From the NCBI GenBank assembly GCA_963789955.1, contig CAWBMV010000003.1:126011-190010 (forward strand): DNA of 64,000 nucleotides, given 5' to 3'. Both the position numbers and the translations under genes were made by a program. Shown piece by piece: positions 47,497-57,792 of the stretch. The stretch comes from an uncultured Candidatus Rokubacteria bacterium (GTDB lineage Bacteria > Methylomirabilota > Methylomirabilia > Rokubacteriales > CSP1-6). The notes under the pieces are model-generated. The model was not told the DNA's origin, searched no databases, and saw only the letters and a list, made by a program, of their open reading frames with translations. Within the stretch, counting starts at the first letter, position 1, and each line of letters starts with the position of its first letter.

Positions 47497-48639
47497 ATGC
47501 ACTACACGCGGATCTCGGCCGACTGCCACATCGACATGCCCTGGCTTCCGCCCGATCTCTTCACATCGAACGCCTCCGCGCTGATGAAGGACCGGATGCC
47601 GTACGTCGTGGACGGTCCCGACGGCCCGCAGTGGACCACGAAGGCGGGCGCGCCGTTCGGGCTCGTCGGGGGCATCGGCTCGACGGGTACGAAGTACGTG
47701 CCCGGTCAGAATCAGCGCGTCGACGTGATGGCGGCGACCGGGCTCTACGACGACGGCAAGAAGGGGATCCGTCGCCCGGGTGATCCGCACCTGCGCGTCA
47801 AGGACATGGATCGCGACGGTGTGCAGGCCGAGGTGCTCTTCGGCATCCTCGGCGCCGCCACGCGGCTGGGCGATCACGAGGCGGCCGGCGAGATGTTCCA
47901 CATCTACAACGACTGGCTCGTCGACTTCTGCAAGCACTATCCCGAGCGCCACGTCGGCCTGGCGTGCTTGCCCTACGGCAACCTCGACGCGGCGGTCAAG
48001 GAAGTCTATCGGGTGGCGCAACTCGGGCTCCGCGGCCTCGAGCTCTCGTGCTCGTGGGACATGGAGCCGATGTGGCATCCGATGTGGGAGCCGCTCTGGC
48101 AGGCCGTCAACGACGTGAACCTGCCGCTGCACTTCCACACGTTCCCGTCGCTGCCGCCGGGTGTGCGCGAGCGGCAGACCGGGCAGACCCGCCGGGCCGC
48201 GTTCTTCACCAGCGTGGCCGGCTTCCAGATGAACCTGGTCAACATCCTGGCTGCGGTGATCGGTGCCGCCGTCCTCGAGCGCTACCCGAACATCCGCATC
48301 TCGTTCGGGGAGAGCGGCATCGGCTGGATCCCGTACGCGCTCGACCGGATGGACTTCGAGTGGGAGGATCGCTTCCGTGACCTCGGACTCACGATGAAGC
48401 CGAGCGACTACTGGCGCCGCCAGTGCAAGGCCACGTTCCAGTTCGACAAGATCGGCACCAAGCTGATCGACGACATGGGCGTGGAGACGCTCATGTGGGG
48501 CTCGGACTACCCGCACCCCGACGGCGTCTGGCCGCAGTCGTCGCGGTACATCCAGGAGCAGTTCGGTCACTTGCCGGCCGACGTCGTGCACAAGATCACC
48601 TGTGAGAACGCCGGGAAGTTCTACGGGCTGATGAGCTGA
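47497..48639 (+). CDS. Amidohydrolase_2 family protein
   Basis: ISADCH, DMDRDGV, YNDWL, GESGIGWIPY and MWGSDYPHPD. Confidence 0.92.
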   Translation: MHYTRISADCHIDMPWLPPDLFTSNASALMKDRMPYVVDGPDGPQWTTKAGAPFGLVGGIGSTGTKYVPGQNQRVDVMAATGLYDDGKKGIRRPGDPHLRVKDMDRDGVQAEVLFGILGAATRLGDHEAAGEMFHIYNDWLVDFCKHYPERHVGLACLPYGNLDAAVKEVYRVAQLGLRGLELSCSWDMEPMWHPMWEPLWQAVNDVNLPLHFHTFPSLPPGVRERQTGQTRRAAFFTSVAGFQMNLVNILAAVIGAAVLERYPNIRISFGESGIGWIPYALDRMDFEWEDRFRDLGLTMKPSDYWRRQCKATFQFDKIGTKLIDDMGVETLMWGSDYPHPDGVWPQSSRYIQEQFGHLPADVVHKITCENAGKFYGLMS

Positions 48640-48641
48640 CG

Positions 48642-49433
48642 ATGGCCGACGAGAATCTCTACCGGGTCCGCGCCGAGCGCGGCGAGGTGCAGCTCGGCAC
48701 CTGGGTCAACATGATCCGCACGCCGTCGGTGCTGATGCTGCTCCGCGCGGCGGGTCTCGACTTCGCGCGTATCGACATGGAGCATTCGCCGTTCTCGATG
48801 GAGACCGTGGCCGACATGGCGGCGCTCGCGCGGGCGATGAACTTTCCGATGGTCGTCCGGCCGCCGCACGGCAACCGCGAATGGATCACGCGCCTGCTGG
48901 ACGCCGGAGTCTGGAATCTCCACGTGCCGCAGGTCGATACGCCGGAGCAGGCACGGGAGGTCGCGGCGTGCTGCCGTTACGCGCCGCTCGGTGATCGCGG
49001 CATGTACGGCTTCGGACCGAACACCGAGTTCCAGGTGCGGCCGCTCGCCGAGCATACCGCGCACGCGAACGCGCGCGTGCACGTGACGATCATGCTGGAG
49101 TCAAAGCTCGCGTTCAGCCGGCTCGACGAGATCGCGGCCACTCCGGGGATCGATGCTCTGACGATCGGCCCGACCGACCTCGCCCAGGATCTCGGGGTGC
49201 TCGGCACACCGGCGCAGAATGCGGCGCTGGACGAGCATCGCCAGCGGCTGGTCACCGCGGCGCGCAAGCACGGTAAGGCGGTGGCGATGCTGACCGACAG
49301 CGCGGAGGGCGTGCGCCGTATGATCGAGCTCGGGGCCACGATCATCAACTACTCGTCCGACGCGGCAGTGCTGCGGGCGGGCTACGCGTCGACCGTCCAG
49401 GAGATTCGGCGGGCGCTGCCGGCGCGCTCCTGA
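48642..49433 (+). CDS. HpcH/HpaI aldolase family protein
   Basis: IDMEH, RLLDAG, YAPLGDRG, MLES and IGPTDL. Confidence 0.92.
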   Translation: MADENLYRVRAERGEVQLGTWVNMIRTPSVLMLLRAAGLDFARIDMEHSPFSMETVADMAALARAMNFPMVVRPPHGNREWITRLLDAGVWNLHVPQVDTPEQAREVAACCRYAPLGDRGMYGFGPNTEFQVRPLAEHTAHANARVHVTIMLESKLAFSRLDEIAATPGIDALTIGPTDLAQDLGVLGTPAQNAALDEHRQRLVTAARKHGKAVAMLTDSAEGVRRMIELGATIINYSSDAAVLRAGYASTVQEIRRALPARS

Positions 49434-49451
49434 GCTCGGCCTCTTCGGCGC

Positions 49452-51446
49452 TCAGCTGGTTTTGAAGGTGAGCTGGCGGAGCGCCGAGTGGGGGAGGGCG
49501 CGAATGAGCTCTTCCAGATTCGTCCGACCCTGTGCGAGCTTTTCGGCGACGTCGTCAGCCATCGAGAGCGTGGTGTGGCGCGCGCTCTCCCGGACTTCGT
49601 CGAACGGCGCTCCCTTGTTGATGAGCACGACGTCGGCATCGTTGGGCGTCCACAGCTCGGAGAGGATCATCCGGCCCCGGTAGCCCGTGTAGTTGCACGC
49701 GGCGCATCCGGCGCCCCGGGACCACTGGAAGTCGACCCGCGACGTCCCGAGCGTCTCCTCGAGGAGCTGCTGGGGCGGGGTGTAGGGCTCCCGGCACTCC
49801 GAGCAGACCTCGCGGGCCAGCCGCTGTGAGAGGACACCCAGCAAGGACGAGGCGATCAGGTTGGCGTCGACGCCGAGATCGAGGAGGCGCGGGAGCGCGC
49901 TGATCGCATCGTTCGTATGCAAGGTGCTCAGGACCAGGTGGCCCGTCTGGGCCGCCCGGAACGCGAGGTTCGCGGTCTCGCCGTCTCGGATTTCGCCGAC
50001 CATGATCACGTCCGGATCGTGGCGCAGGAACGAGCGCAGGAACGTGGCGAAGGTGTTTCCGAGGCGCTCGTCGACCTCGTGCTGGCGGAAGCTGTCGCAG
50101 ACGTACTCGATCGGGTTCTCGGCCGTGAGGACCTTGATGCCCGGCTGGTAGACGCTCTTGAGCGCGCCGAAGAGCGTGGTGCTCTTGCCCGAGCCGGTCG
50201 GCCCGGTGACCAGGATGATGCCGGTGGACGAGCGCAGGAGCTGGCGCATCCGCATCGTGACGGGGGCGCGCAGGCCGAGTCCCTCGACGGACTGCGGCAG
50301 CCCGCGGGGGTCCAGGATCCGGATCACGGCGCTCTCGCCGTAGTAGCCGGGGATGATCGAGATGCGGAAGTCGACGGTGGCGGTCTGCCCGTCGCGCGCC
50401 AGCCGCGCGCGGAAGCTTCCGTCCTGAGGGCGGCGCCGCTCGGCGATGTCGAGCTTGCTGAGGATCTTGAGCCGCGACATCAGCTTGGCGCGATTCTGAT
50501 TCATCACCTCGTCGAGGTCGGCCAGCTCGAGCTCTTGCAGGACCCCGTCGACGCGGAAGCGCGTCTGGATCCCGTGCTCCACGGCCTCCAGGTGGATGTC
50601 AGAGGCGCCCCACTCGATGGCGAGCCTCAGGAGCCGGCGCACCATGCTGGCCGTGCCCTCCGACGCCTGATGGGCGTCGACGTAGGTCAGCTTCTCTTCC
50701 GCGAGCCGGTCGATCTCCTCGAAGCTCAGGATGTTCGGCTCGCCGACGATCGTCGGGACCTGATGGCCGACCGGGGTGGTCGCGGACGCAGCGCCATTCG
50801 AGGTCTCGAGCGCGGGATACATCTGCTCGAGGGCCCGGCGGATGCTGGCGGTCGTCGATGTGATGACCTCGATGTCGAGACCGGTACTCGCCTGGAGGTC
50901 GTCGACGACCGGCGTCCGCGTCGGGTCGTCCATCGCGACGACCAGGGTCTGGCCCACTCGTGCGATCGGGACGACGAGGCGCTTCTTGGCGAAGCGAGGA
51001 TTGATCAGGGCCCGCAGCGAGTGATCGAGCACGATCGTGTCGAGATCGAAGTAGTTGATGTGGAGCTGCTGGCAGAGCGCCCGCCGCATCTGCTCCTCGG
51101 TCACGAACTTCAGCCGGACGACCACCTCGCCGAGGGTCTGCTTCCAGCGCCGCTGCTCGGCGAGCGCGGTCTCGAGCTGGCCCGCCGTGATCGCCTGTGA
51201 CTTGACCAGCAGCTCGCCGAGCTTCGAGCGCCGGCGATGGCGGTCGAGGACCGAAAGGAGCTGGCTTCGCGTGATGACCTTCTGGGCGACGAGGATGTGG
51301 CCGAGCGGCAGGTACGTCTTCGACTGGCTCTGCACGCGCAGCGCCTTCTGCACCTCGGCGTGGGTCGCGAGCCCTTCGGAGACGAGCAGGTCGCCGAGCC
51401 GCAAGACCACGACATGACGGCGCGCGGCGCCGTTGCGGATCGCCAT
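49452..51446 (-). CDS. GspE/PilB-family ATPase with tandem MshEN domains
   Basis: RLGDLL, PLGHIL, KLGELL and TLGEVV repeats; ASDIHLE, TGPTGSGKSTT, LRHDPDVIMVGEIRD, TGHLVLSTLH and two CxxC. Confidence 0.93.
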   Translation of the reverse strand: MAIRNGAARRHVVVLRLGDLLVSEGLATHAEVQKALRVQSQSKTYLPLGHILVAQKVITRSQLLSVLDRHRRRSKLGELLVKSQAITAGQLETALAEQRRWKQTLGEVVVRLKFVTEEQMRRALCQQLHINYFDLDTIVLDHSLRALINPRFAKKRLVVPIARVGQTLVVAMDDPTRTPVVDDLQASTGLDIEVITSTTASIRRALEQMYPALETSNGAASATTPVGHQVPTIVGEPNILSFEEIDRLAEEKLTYVDAHQASEGTASMVRRLLRLAIEWGASDIHLEAVEHGIQTRFRVDGVLQELELADLDEVMNQNRAKLMSRLKILSKLDIAERRRPQDGSFRARLARDGQTATVDFRISIIPGYYGESAVIRILDPRGLPQSVEGLGLRAPVTMRMRQLLRSSTGIILVTGPTGSGKSTTLFGALKSVYQPGIKVLTAENPIEYVCDSFRQHEVDERLGNTFATFLRSFLRHDPDVIMVGEIRDGETANLAFRAAQTGHLVLSTLHTNDAISALPRLLDLGVDANLIASSLLGVLSQRLAREVCSECREPYTPPQQLLEETLGTSRVDFQWSRGAGCAACNYTGYRGRMILSELWTPNDADVVLINKGAPFDEVRESARHTTLSMADDVAEKLAQGRTNLEELIRALPHSALRQLTFKTS

Positions 51447-51678
51447 GGCGCCGCCGTTGAGTGCGACCAGGTGAGGGGACTCGATTTCGGGACGAGCGGC
51501 AATGCGGAGTCATTGGGCATGAGGAAAAGCAACGGAGATGCCACGGCGCGTCGAGGGCCAAGCGATTGAAAAACCACGAGCACGCTTTCCGGAACGGATT
51601 CGCGTCGACGACAGACTGCTGGTCGGTCTGCGGCCATTGGTAGGTTTCGCGCCGTCGCGCGGGTATCATCGCGACCAC

Positions 51679-52884
51679 ATGTCCGACGTCCGCCGCCGGC
51701 AAGGCTGGGTGGTGGTAGGCGCCTGCTCGCTCGTGATGTTCGGCGTCTGGAACTCACATGCCGGGTTCGGGGTGTTTCTTCCGGTATTGGCGAGCGAGTT
51801 CGGCTGGAGTCGCGGGGCGATCTCGGTGGCGCCGTCGCTGAACCTGATCATCGGCGGCCTCATCGCGTTCTTCATCGGCGCCGCCAGCGATCGTTACGGC
51901 CCGCGCCTGATCCTGGCGGTGAGCGCGATCTTCGTGGGCGCGCTCTTCGCGCTCGCGTCGCGGATCGACGCGCTCTGGCACCTCTACACCGTGCTCGGCG
52001 TGCTGCTCGGCGTCGCGATGTCGTCGGTCTACCTGGTCCCCACCACGACCGTGTCGCGCTGGTTCGTGGACCGACGGGGTCTGGCGCTCGGCATCCTGCT
52101 GGCCGGGCTCAATCTGGCCTTCGTCACCGGCCCCCGTTTGTCCGCGTTCTTGATCGAGCGGTTCGGCTGGCGGACCACGTACCTCGTGCTCGGCGCGCTC
52201 GTCTGGATCCTCGCCATTCCCGGGAGCCTGTTCACGCGCTTTCCCCCGGCCGCGACCGGGGCCGCGACCGATCGGTCCGTCGCGTCGGGCGGCTCCACCA
52301 TCCGCGAAGCGCTGGCCGATCGTCGGCTGTGGCTCCTCGTGATGGCGTGGATGCTGCTCGGATTCAATCAGATGATGATGTCGATCCACCTGGTGTCGTA
52401 CGTGAAGGATCGAGGGGTCACGCTCGAGCGCGCGGCGCTGGCGCTCACGATCCTGGGCGCCGGCACCATCGTCGGCCGGATTCTCATCGGCATGGCCGCC
52501 GATCGAATCGGCACGAAGCCGATGTTCTGGTTCTGCCTGACGATCCAGGTCACGACCTTGCTCGCGGTCATCGCCGGGCCGTCGTTGTCGATTCTCAACT
52601 TCCTTCTGTTCTGGCTCGGACTGTCCGCCGCGGGCAGCGACACGACACTCGTGAAGGGCGCCGTCGAGACCTTCGGTGTCCGTGCCATCGGCGCGGTCAT
52701 GGGCGTCCTGAGCCTCGGCTGGCGCTGCGGCGCGGCCCTGGGACCCACTGCGGCCGGCTTCATCTACGATGCGACGGGCACCTACGTGCTCGCCTTCGCC
52801 CTGGCCGCCGCCGGGCTCGCGTTGAGCTCCGCCTTCTTCACCTTCGGAACCGCGATCTCGCCGGAGCGGCGCGGCTACCTGTAG
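51679..52884 (+). CDS. MFS transporter (OFA/MCT-like)
   Basis: About 12 TMs; SDRYGPR, RWFVDRRGLALG and ADRIG. Confidence 0.92.
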   Translation: MSDVRRRQGWVVVGACSLVMFGVWNSHAGFGVFLPVLASEFGWSRGAISVAPSLNLIIGGLIAFFIGAASDRYGPRLILAVSAIFVGALFALASRIDALWHLYTVLGVLLGVAMSSVYLVPTTTVSRWFVDRRGLALGILLAGLNLAFVTGPRLSAFLIERFGWRTTYLVLGALVWILAIPGSLFTRFPPAATGAATDRSVASGGSTIREALADRRLWLLVMAWMLLGFNQMMMSIHLVSYVKDRGVTLERAALALTILGAGTIVGRILIGMAADRIGTKPMFWFCLTIQVTTLLAVIAGPSLSILNFLLFWLGLSAAGSDTTLVKGAVETFGVRAIGAVMGVLSLGWRCGAALGPTAAGFIYDATGTYVLAFALAAAGLALSSAFFTFGTAISPERRGYL

Positions 52885-52893
52885 ACGGGCGCG

Positions 52894-53910
52894 CTAGCCA
52901 CCGACGCCGGTGAGGACGAGCTCGTCGGCCCGATGGCAACGTACGAGATGGCCCGCCTGAATTTCCCGAATGAGGGGCGTCTCGGTCCGACACACGTCGA
53001 GCGCAAAGGGACAGCGCGGGTGGAAGTAGCAGCCGGGCGGCGGATTGGCGGGGTTCGCCACCTCGCCGGAGAGGGCGACGTCGCCGCTGGGCGCGTGCGG
53101 ATCCGGGACGGGCACGGCGCGCATCAGCGCGGCGGTATACGGATGACGCGGATGCCGGAAGATCTCCTCGGCGGTGGCGACCTCGACGAGCTGTCCCACG
53201 TACATCACCGCGACTCGATCGCTGATGTGCTTCACCACGGAAAGATCGTGGGCCACGAAGAGCAAGGTTAGATGCAGGCGGGTCTGAAGCTCGAGGAGGA
53301 GATTCAGCACCTGCGCCTGCACCGAGACGTCCAGCGCGGACACCGGCTCGTCGGCCACCACCAGACGCGGCTCGGTCGCGAGCGCGCGAGCGATGCCGAT
53401 GCGCTGGCGCTGTCCGCCCGAGAACGCGTGCGGAAAGCGGTGCATGTGCTCCGGGCGAAGGCCGGTCAGCTCGAGCAGGTCCGCGACGCGATCGAGCCGT
53501 GCCCGCCGGTCTCGAAGGCCGTTGACCAGGAGCGGCTCGCCGACGTTGTCGAAGATGGTCATCCGCGGATTCAAGGAGCCGAACGGGTCCTGGAAGACCA
53601 TCTGGATTTGCGGACGCAGCGGGCGAAGCTCCGCGCGGGAGAGCGGCGCCAGATCGACCACTCGGCCGTCGGCCGTGCGGAACAGGATCTCGCCGCTCGT
53701 GGGCGACATCGCGCGGAGGATGCAGCGCGCGGTGGTCGTCTTCCCGCAGCCCGATTCGCCGACGAGACCCAGGGTTTCGCCTTCGCGGATCGTGAAGCTC
53801 ACGTCGTCGACCGCAGCGACGGCGCCGACGACCTTGCGATTCCATCCCCGGCGGATCGGGAACGACTTCCGCAGATGGCGCACGTCCAGGAGCCACGAGG
53901 TCGCGCTCAC
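52894..53910 (-). CDS. Peptide/nickel ABC ATP-binding protein (OppF/DppF-like)
   Basis: [25 protein letters not shown] and GCYFHPRC. Confidence 0.93.
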   Translation of the reverse strand: MSATSWLLDVRHLRKSFPIRRGWNRKVVGAVAAVDDVSFTIREGETLGLVGESGCGKTTTARCILRAMSPTSGEILFRTADGRVVDLAPLSRAELRPLRPQIQMVFQDPFGSLNPRMTIFDNVGEPLLVNGLRDRRARLDRVADLLELTGLRPEHMHRFPHAFSGGQRQRIGIARALATEPRLVVADEPVSALDVSVQAQVLNLLLELQTRLHLTLLFVAHDLSVVKHISDRVAVMYVGQLVEVATAEEIFRHPRHPYTAALMRAVPVPDPHAPSGDVALSGEVANPANPPPGCYFHPRCPFALDVCRTETPLIREIQAGHLVRCHRADELVLTGVGG

Positions 53911-54944
53911 GACTCGACCGCCTCGTCCCGGTTGTACAAGAAGCAGCTCGCAAGCTGCGTCGGCCCGACCGGGCGCAGCGCCGGCACCCGCTCGGCGCAG
54001 AGGCCGGGGATGGCGTCGGGGCAGCGCGGATGAAAAGGACAGCCGCGCGGGCGCCCGAGGGGATGCGGGATCGAGCCGGCGATTGTCGGCAGGAGCGTCC
54101 GGGGCGCGACGGTCACGCTGGGAATCGATTTCAGCAGCGCCCGCGTGTAAGGATGCTTCGGCTCGTGGAAGATCTGCTCGACCGCGCCCTGCTCCACGAC
54201 GCGGCCGAGGTACATCACGACCACGTAGCGCGCCATCTGCGCGATCACGCCGAGGTCGTGCGTGATGAAGACGATCGCCGTGCCGTGCCGGCGCTGCAGA
54301 TCGCGGAGGAGATTGAGGATTTGCGCCTGCGTGGTCACGTCGATCGCCGTCGTCGGCTCGTCGGCGATCAGGAGCCGCGGCCGGCACGACAGCGCCATGG
54401 CGATCATGGCCCGCTGGCGCAGCCCGCCCGAGAGCTGCCACGAATAGGCGTCCACCCGCTCCTCCGGCATCGAGATGCCCACGCTGCGGAAGAGATCGAC
54501 CGTCATCGAGCGCGCCTCGGTCCGCGAGAGCGGCGGGCCGCTGGGCCGCCACTGACGCTCATGGAGTTTGAGCGCCTCGATGACCTGCGCGCCCACCGAA
54601 TGGACCGGACTGAACGCGGCCATCGGCTCCTGCGGGATCAGCGCGATCTCGGCGCCCCGGATCGCGCGAAGCTCGGCGCTCTTCGGCGAGAGCTGCGTCA
54701 GGTCGACGGGCGCGCCCGAGCTCTTCTGGAAGAGGATCTGGCCGCCGACGATCCGGCCGGGCGGCTCGACGATCTGCAAGATGGCCTTCATCGTCACGCT
54801 CTTGCCGCAGCCGCTCTCGCCGACGATGCCGACGACCTGCCCGGGCTGCACGTCGAAGCTCACGCCGTCGACCGCGCGCACGAGCCCTTCGTCGAGGAAG
54901 AAGTGAACGCGGAGGTCCTTGACCTCGAGGACCGGCGTCGTCAC
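53907..54944 (-). CDS. Peptide/nickel ABC ATP-binding protein (OppD/DppD-like)
   Basis: [22 protein letters not shown] and GCPFHPRC. Confidence 0.93.
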   Translation of the reverse strand: MTTPVLEVKDLRVHFFLDEGLVRAVDGVSFDVQPGQVVGIVGESGCGKSVTMKAILQIVEPPGRIVGGQILFQKSSGAPVDLTQLSPKSAELRAIRGAEIALIPQEPMAAFSPVHSVGAQVIEALKLHERQWRPSGPPLSRTEARSMTVDLFRSVGISMPEERVDAYSWQLSGGLRQRAMIAMALSCRPRLLIADEPTTAIDVTTQAQILNLLRDLQRRHGTAIVFITHDLGVIAQMARYVVVMYLGRVVEQGAVEQIFHEPKHPYTRALLKSIPSVTVAPRTLLPTIAGSIPHPLGRPRGCPFHPRCPDAIPGLCAERVPALRPVGPTQLASCFLYNRDEAVES

Positions 54945-56065
54945 TGGCTGTACGGGTCGGCGGCGTCCCGGAGTCCGTCGCCGACCAGGTTGAAGGCGAG
55001 GACCGACAGAATGACGACGGCGCCGGGGACGAGGAGCCAGGGCGCCAGCGCCACCGTCTGGATGTTCTGCGCCTCCTGCAAGAGCACGCCCCAGCTGATC
55101 GCGGGCGGCCGGATGCCGAGGCCGAGGAAGGACAGGGACGTCTCGTTGATGATCATCGCCGGCACCGCGAGCGTGCTGGTCGCGATGATGTGCGACAAGA
55201 ACGTCGGGACCATGTGACGGAAGATGATGCGACCTTGACTGGCCCCCGCCAGATCGGCCGCCAGCACGAAGTCTTCTTCGCGGAGCGCCAGGAACCGGCC
55301 GCGGACCTCGCGCCCGAGCGTCGTCCAGCCCACGAGCGAGAGGATCACCGTGATCGCGAAGAAGACTTGCTGGGGCGACCAGTCGCGCGGCAGCGCCGCG
55401 GTGAGCGCCAGCCAGATCGGGATGGTCGGCAAGGACTGCAAGAGCTCGATCAGACGCTGGATGATGGCGTCCGCGACACCGCCGTAGTACCCGGAGATCC
55501 CGCCGAGCAGCACGCCGAGGACGACCGAGAACGTGACGGCGGTGAGGCCGATCGTCATCGACGTCCGCGTGCCGTGCACGAGGCGCGACCACTGATCGCG
55601 CCCGAGACGGTCGGTGCCCAGGAGATAGAGCCGTTCGCGCCCGTCGGCAGCGGTCGTGCCGAGGAGATGCGTGCGCGCCGGAATGATGCCGAGAAGACGA
55701 TACGGGTACCCGGTGACGAAGAGGCGGACCGGAATGCGCCGGCTCTCGTCGACGCGCCACTCCATGCGGAGCGTCGTCGGGTTGCGCTTGCCGGTCACGT
55801 CGGGGACCCAGGGGCTCGGGCGAAGGCCGTCGAAGAAGTGCAAACGCTGGACGGGGATGAACGCGAGCCGGGCCTCGGTGGCCTCGGGATCCTGGGTGCT
55901 GAAGAAGTCGGGACAGAGCACGACGACGTACAGCACCAGCAGCACGAACGCGCTCGCCAGCGCCAGACGATGCTTTCTGAATCGCCACCAGATCAGGCGC
56001 CAGCTCGAGGCGACCGAGACCCGCTCCTCGGCCGTCACCGGGACCGCGGGCGCGAGCGCGCTCAT
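54941..56065 (-). CDS. Peptide ABC permease (OppC-like)
   Basis: LLGTDRLGRD, EEDFVLAA and ETSLSFLGLG. Confidence 0.93.
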   Translation of the reverse strand: MSALAPAVPVTAEERVSVASSWRLIWWRFRKHRLALASAFVLLVLYVVVLCPDFFSTQDPEATEARLAFIPVQRLHFFDGLRPSPWVPDVTGKRNPTTLRMEWRVDESRRIPVRLFVTGYPYRLLGIIPARTHLLGTTAADGRERLYLLGTDRLGRDQWSRLVHGTRTSMTIGLTAVTFSVVLGVLLGGISGYYGGVADAIIQRLIELLQSLPTIPIWLALTAALPRDWSPQQVFFAITVILSLVGWTTLGREVRGRFLALREEDFVLAADLAGASQGRIIFRHMVPTFLSHIIATSTLAVPAMIINETSLSFLGLGIRPPAISWGVLLQEAQNIQTVALAPWLLVPGAVVILSVLAFNLVGDGLRDAADPYSQ

Positions 56066-56066
56066 C

Positions 56067-57057
56067 TCATCGCTCTTCGAACCTGATCCGCGGATCGAGC
56101 CACGCCAGGAGGACGTCGGAGATCAAGGTGCCGATGATCGTGAGGAAGCAATAGATGAGGAGAATGCTCCCGGCCAGGTACATGTCCTGGTTGATCAGCG
56201 CCCGGAGCAGGAGCGGGCCGATGTTGGGGAGGTTCATCACGGTCGCCACGATCAGGCTCCCCGAGAAGAGGGCGGGGAGGTACCAGCCGATCGTGCTGAC
56301 CAGCGGATTCAGCGCCAGCCGCGCCGGGTAGCGAACGACCAGGCGCCACTCGGACAGCCCCTTCGCGCGCGCGGTGGTGACGTAAGGCTTGTTGAGCTCG
56401 TCGAGCAGATTCGCGCGCATCACCCGCGCGAGCCGCGCGGTCCCGGCCACGCCCAGCACGACCGCCGGGAAGCCACACGTGCTTGAGCAGATCGAGCACG
56501 CGCGCCACGCTCCACGGCGCGTCCACGAAGTCGGGCGAGAAGAGTCCCGTGACGGAGATGCCGAAGTACGCGAAGGCGCCCCACATGAGAACGAGCGCCA
56601 GCATGAAGTTGGGCGTGGCGACGCCCACGTAGTTGATGACGGTCATCACGTAGTCGACGGCCGATCGCGGGTGCATCGCCGAGTAGATGCCGGCCGGGAT
56701 GGCGACGACCCAGGTGAAGACGAACGAGAGCAGCGCCAGGACCATCGTGAGAACGAGGCGCTCACCGATGAGCTCGGCGTTGGGGCGCTGATACTCGAGC
56801 GAAAGGCCGAGATTGCCCTTCGCCAGGTTCTCCATCCACTTGAGGTACTGGATCCAGATCGGCTGATCCAGGCCGTACTCGCGCCGGAGCGCCTCGACCT
56901 GCTCGGCGCTGATCGAGCTACCGGACGATGCGAGGGTCGCCACGTAGGTCGTCAGGAAGTCGCCCGGAGGCGCCTGCACGATTGCGAACACGGCCACCGA
57001 GAAGAAGAAGAGCAGCGCCGGCAGCAGCACGAGCCGCTTGAGGACGTATCGGGTCAT
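56067..57057 (-). CDS. Peptide ABC permease (OppB-like), frameshift near 56465
   Basis: YVLKRL, APPGD and YGLDQP in one frame; YVTTARAKGL and DPRIR in another. Confidence 0.9.
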
Positions 57058-57091
57058 CGGCGCCCTATCTTCGCACGGCCCCGGAGCGGCC

Positions 57092-57120
57092 TTGACAGAT
57101 CCGAACGATCGTACTATTTT
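57092..57120 (+). promoter_or_regulatory. Sigma70 promoter of tetR with an operator palindrome in the spacer
   Basis: TTGACA (57092-57097), 17 bp, TATTTT (57115-57120); palindrome ACGATCGT at 57105-57112. Confidence 0.75.
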
Positions 57121-57127
57121 GTTGGCC

Positions 57128-57772
57128 ATGGCGACGGCGAGCAAGAGCGTGGCCCGGCCCCGGGCCCAGTCCAAGGGAGAGCAGACGCGCGAGGCAATCC
57201 TGGCTCACGCGCTCGGGCTCGCGACGCGGATCGGCTTCGAGGGGCTCACCATCGGCCGGCTGGCCGAGGATCTCCGGATGTCCAAGAGCGGCCTGTTCGC
57301 CCACTTCCGCTCGAAGGAAGCGCTCCAGCTCGAGATCTTGAAGATGGCGGGAGCGCGCATGGTCGAGAGCGTCGTGAAACCGGCGCTCGCCGTCCCGCGT
57401 GGCGAGCCCCGTGTGCGCGCGCTGTTCGATCGCTGGCTCGCCTGGGAGCAGTCGCCGAGCCTTCCGGGCGGCTGCCCGTTCATGGCGGCATCCTTCGAGC
57501 TCGACGACCGGCCCGGGCCGGTCCGAGACTTCGTCGTCCAGAATCTTCGTGACTGGATCGACACCCTCGCCGGCGCCGCGCGGATCGCGGTCAACGAGGG
57601 CCACTTCCGCGCCGATCTCGACTGCGAGCAGTTCGCGCACGACTGCCAGGGAATCGGCCTGGCGTTCGTCCACGCCTCGCGTCTGATGCGCGACCCGAAG
57701 GCCCACCAACGGGCCGCCCACGCCTTCGAGACCTTGCTGCAGAGCTGCCGCGCCGCCGGCCGGCGGCGCTAA
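57128..57772 (+). CDS. TetR/AcrR family regulator
   Basis: KGEQTREAIL, GFEGLTIGRLA and MSKSGLFAHFRSKE. Confidence 0.95.
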   Translation: MATASKSVARPRAQSKGEQTREAILAHALGLATRIGFEGLTIGRLAEDLRMSKSGLFAHFRSKEALQLEILKMAGARMVESVVKPALAVPRGEPRVRALFDRWLAWEQSPSLPGGCPFMAASFELDDRPGPVRDFVVQNLRDWIDTLAGAARIAVNEGHFRADLDCEQFAHDCQGIGLAFVHASRLMRDPKAHQRAAHAFETLLQSCRAAGRRR

Positions 57773-57792
57773 CCCCGAAAAGGAGAATCACC

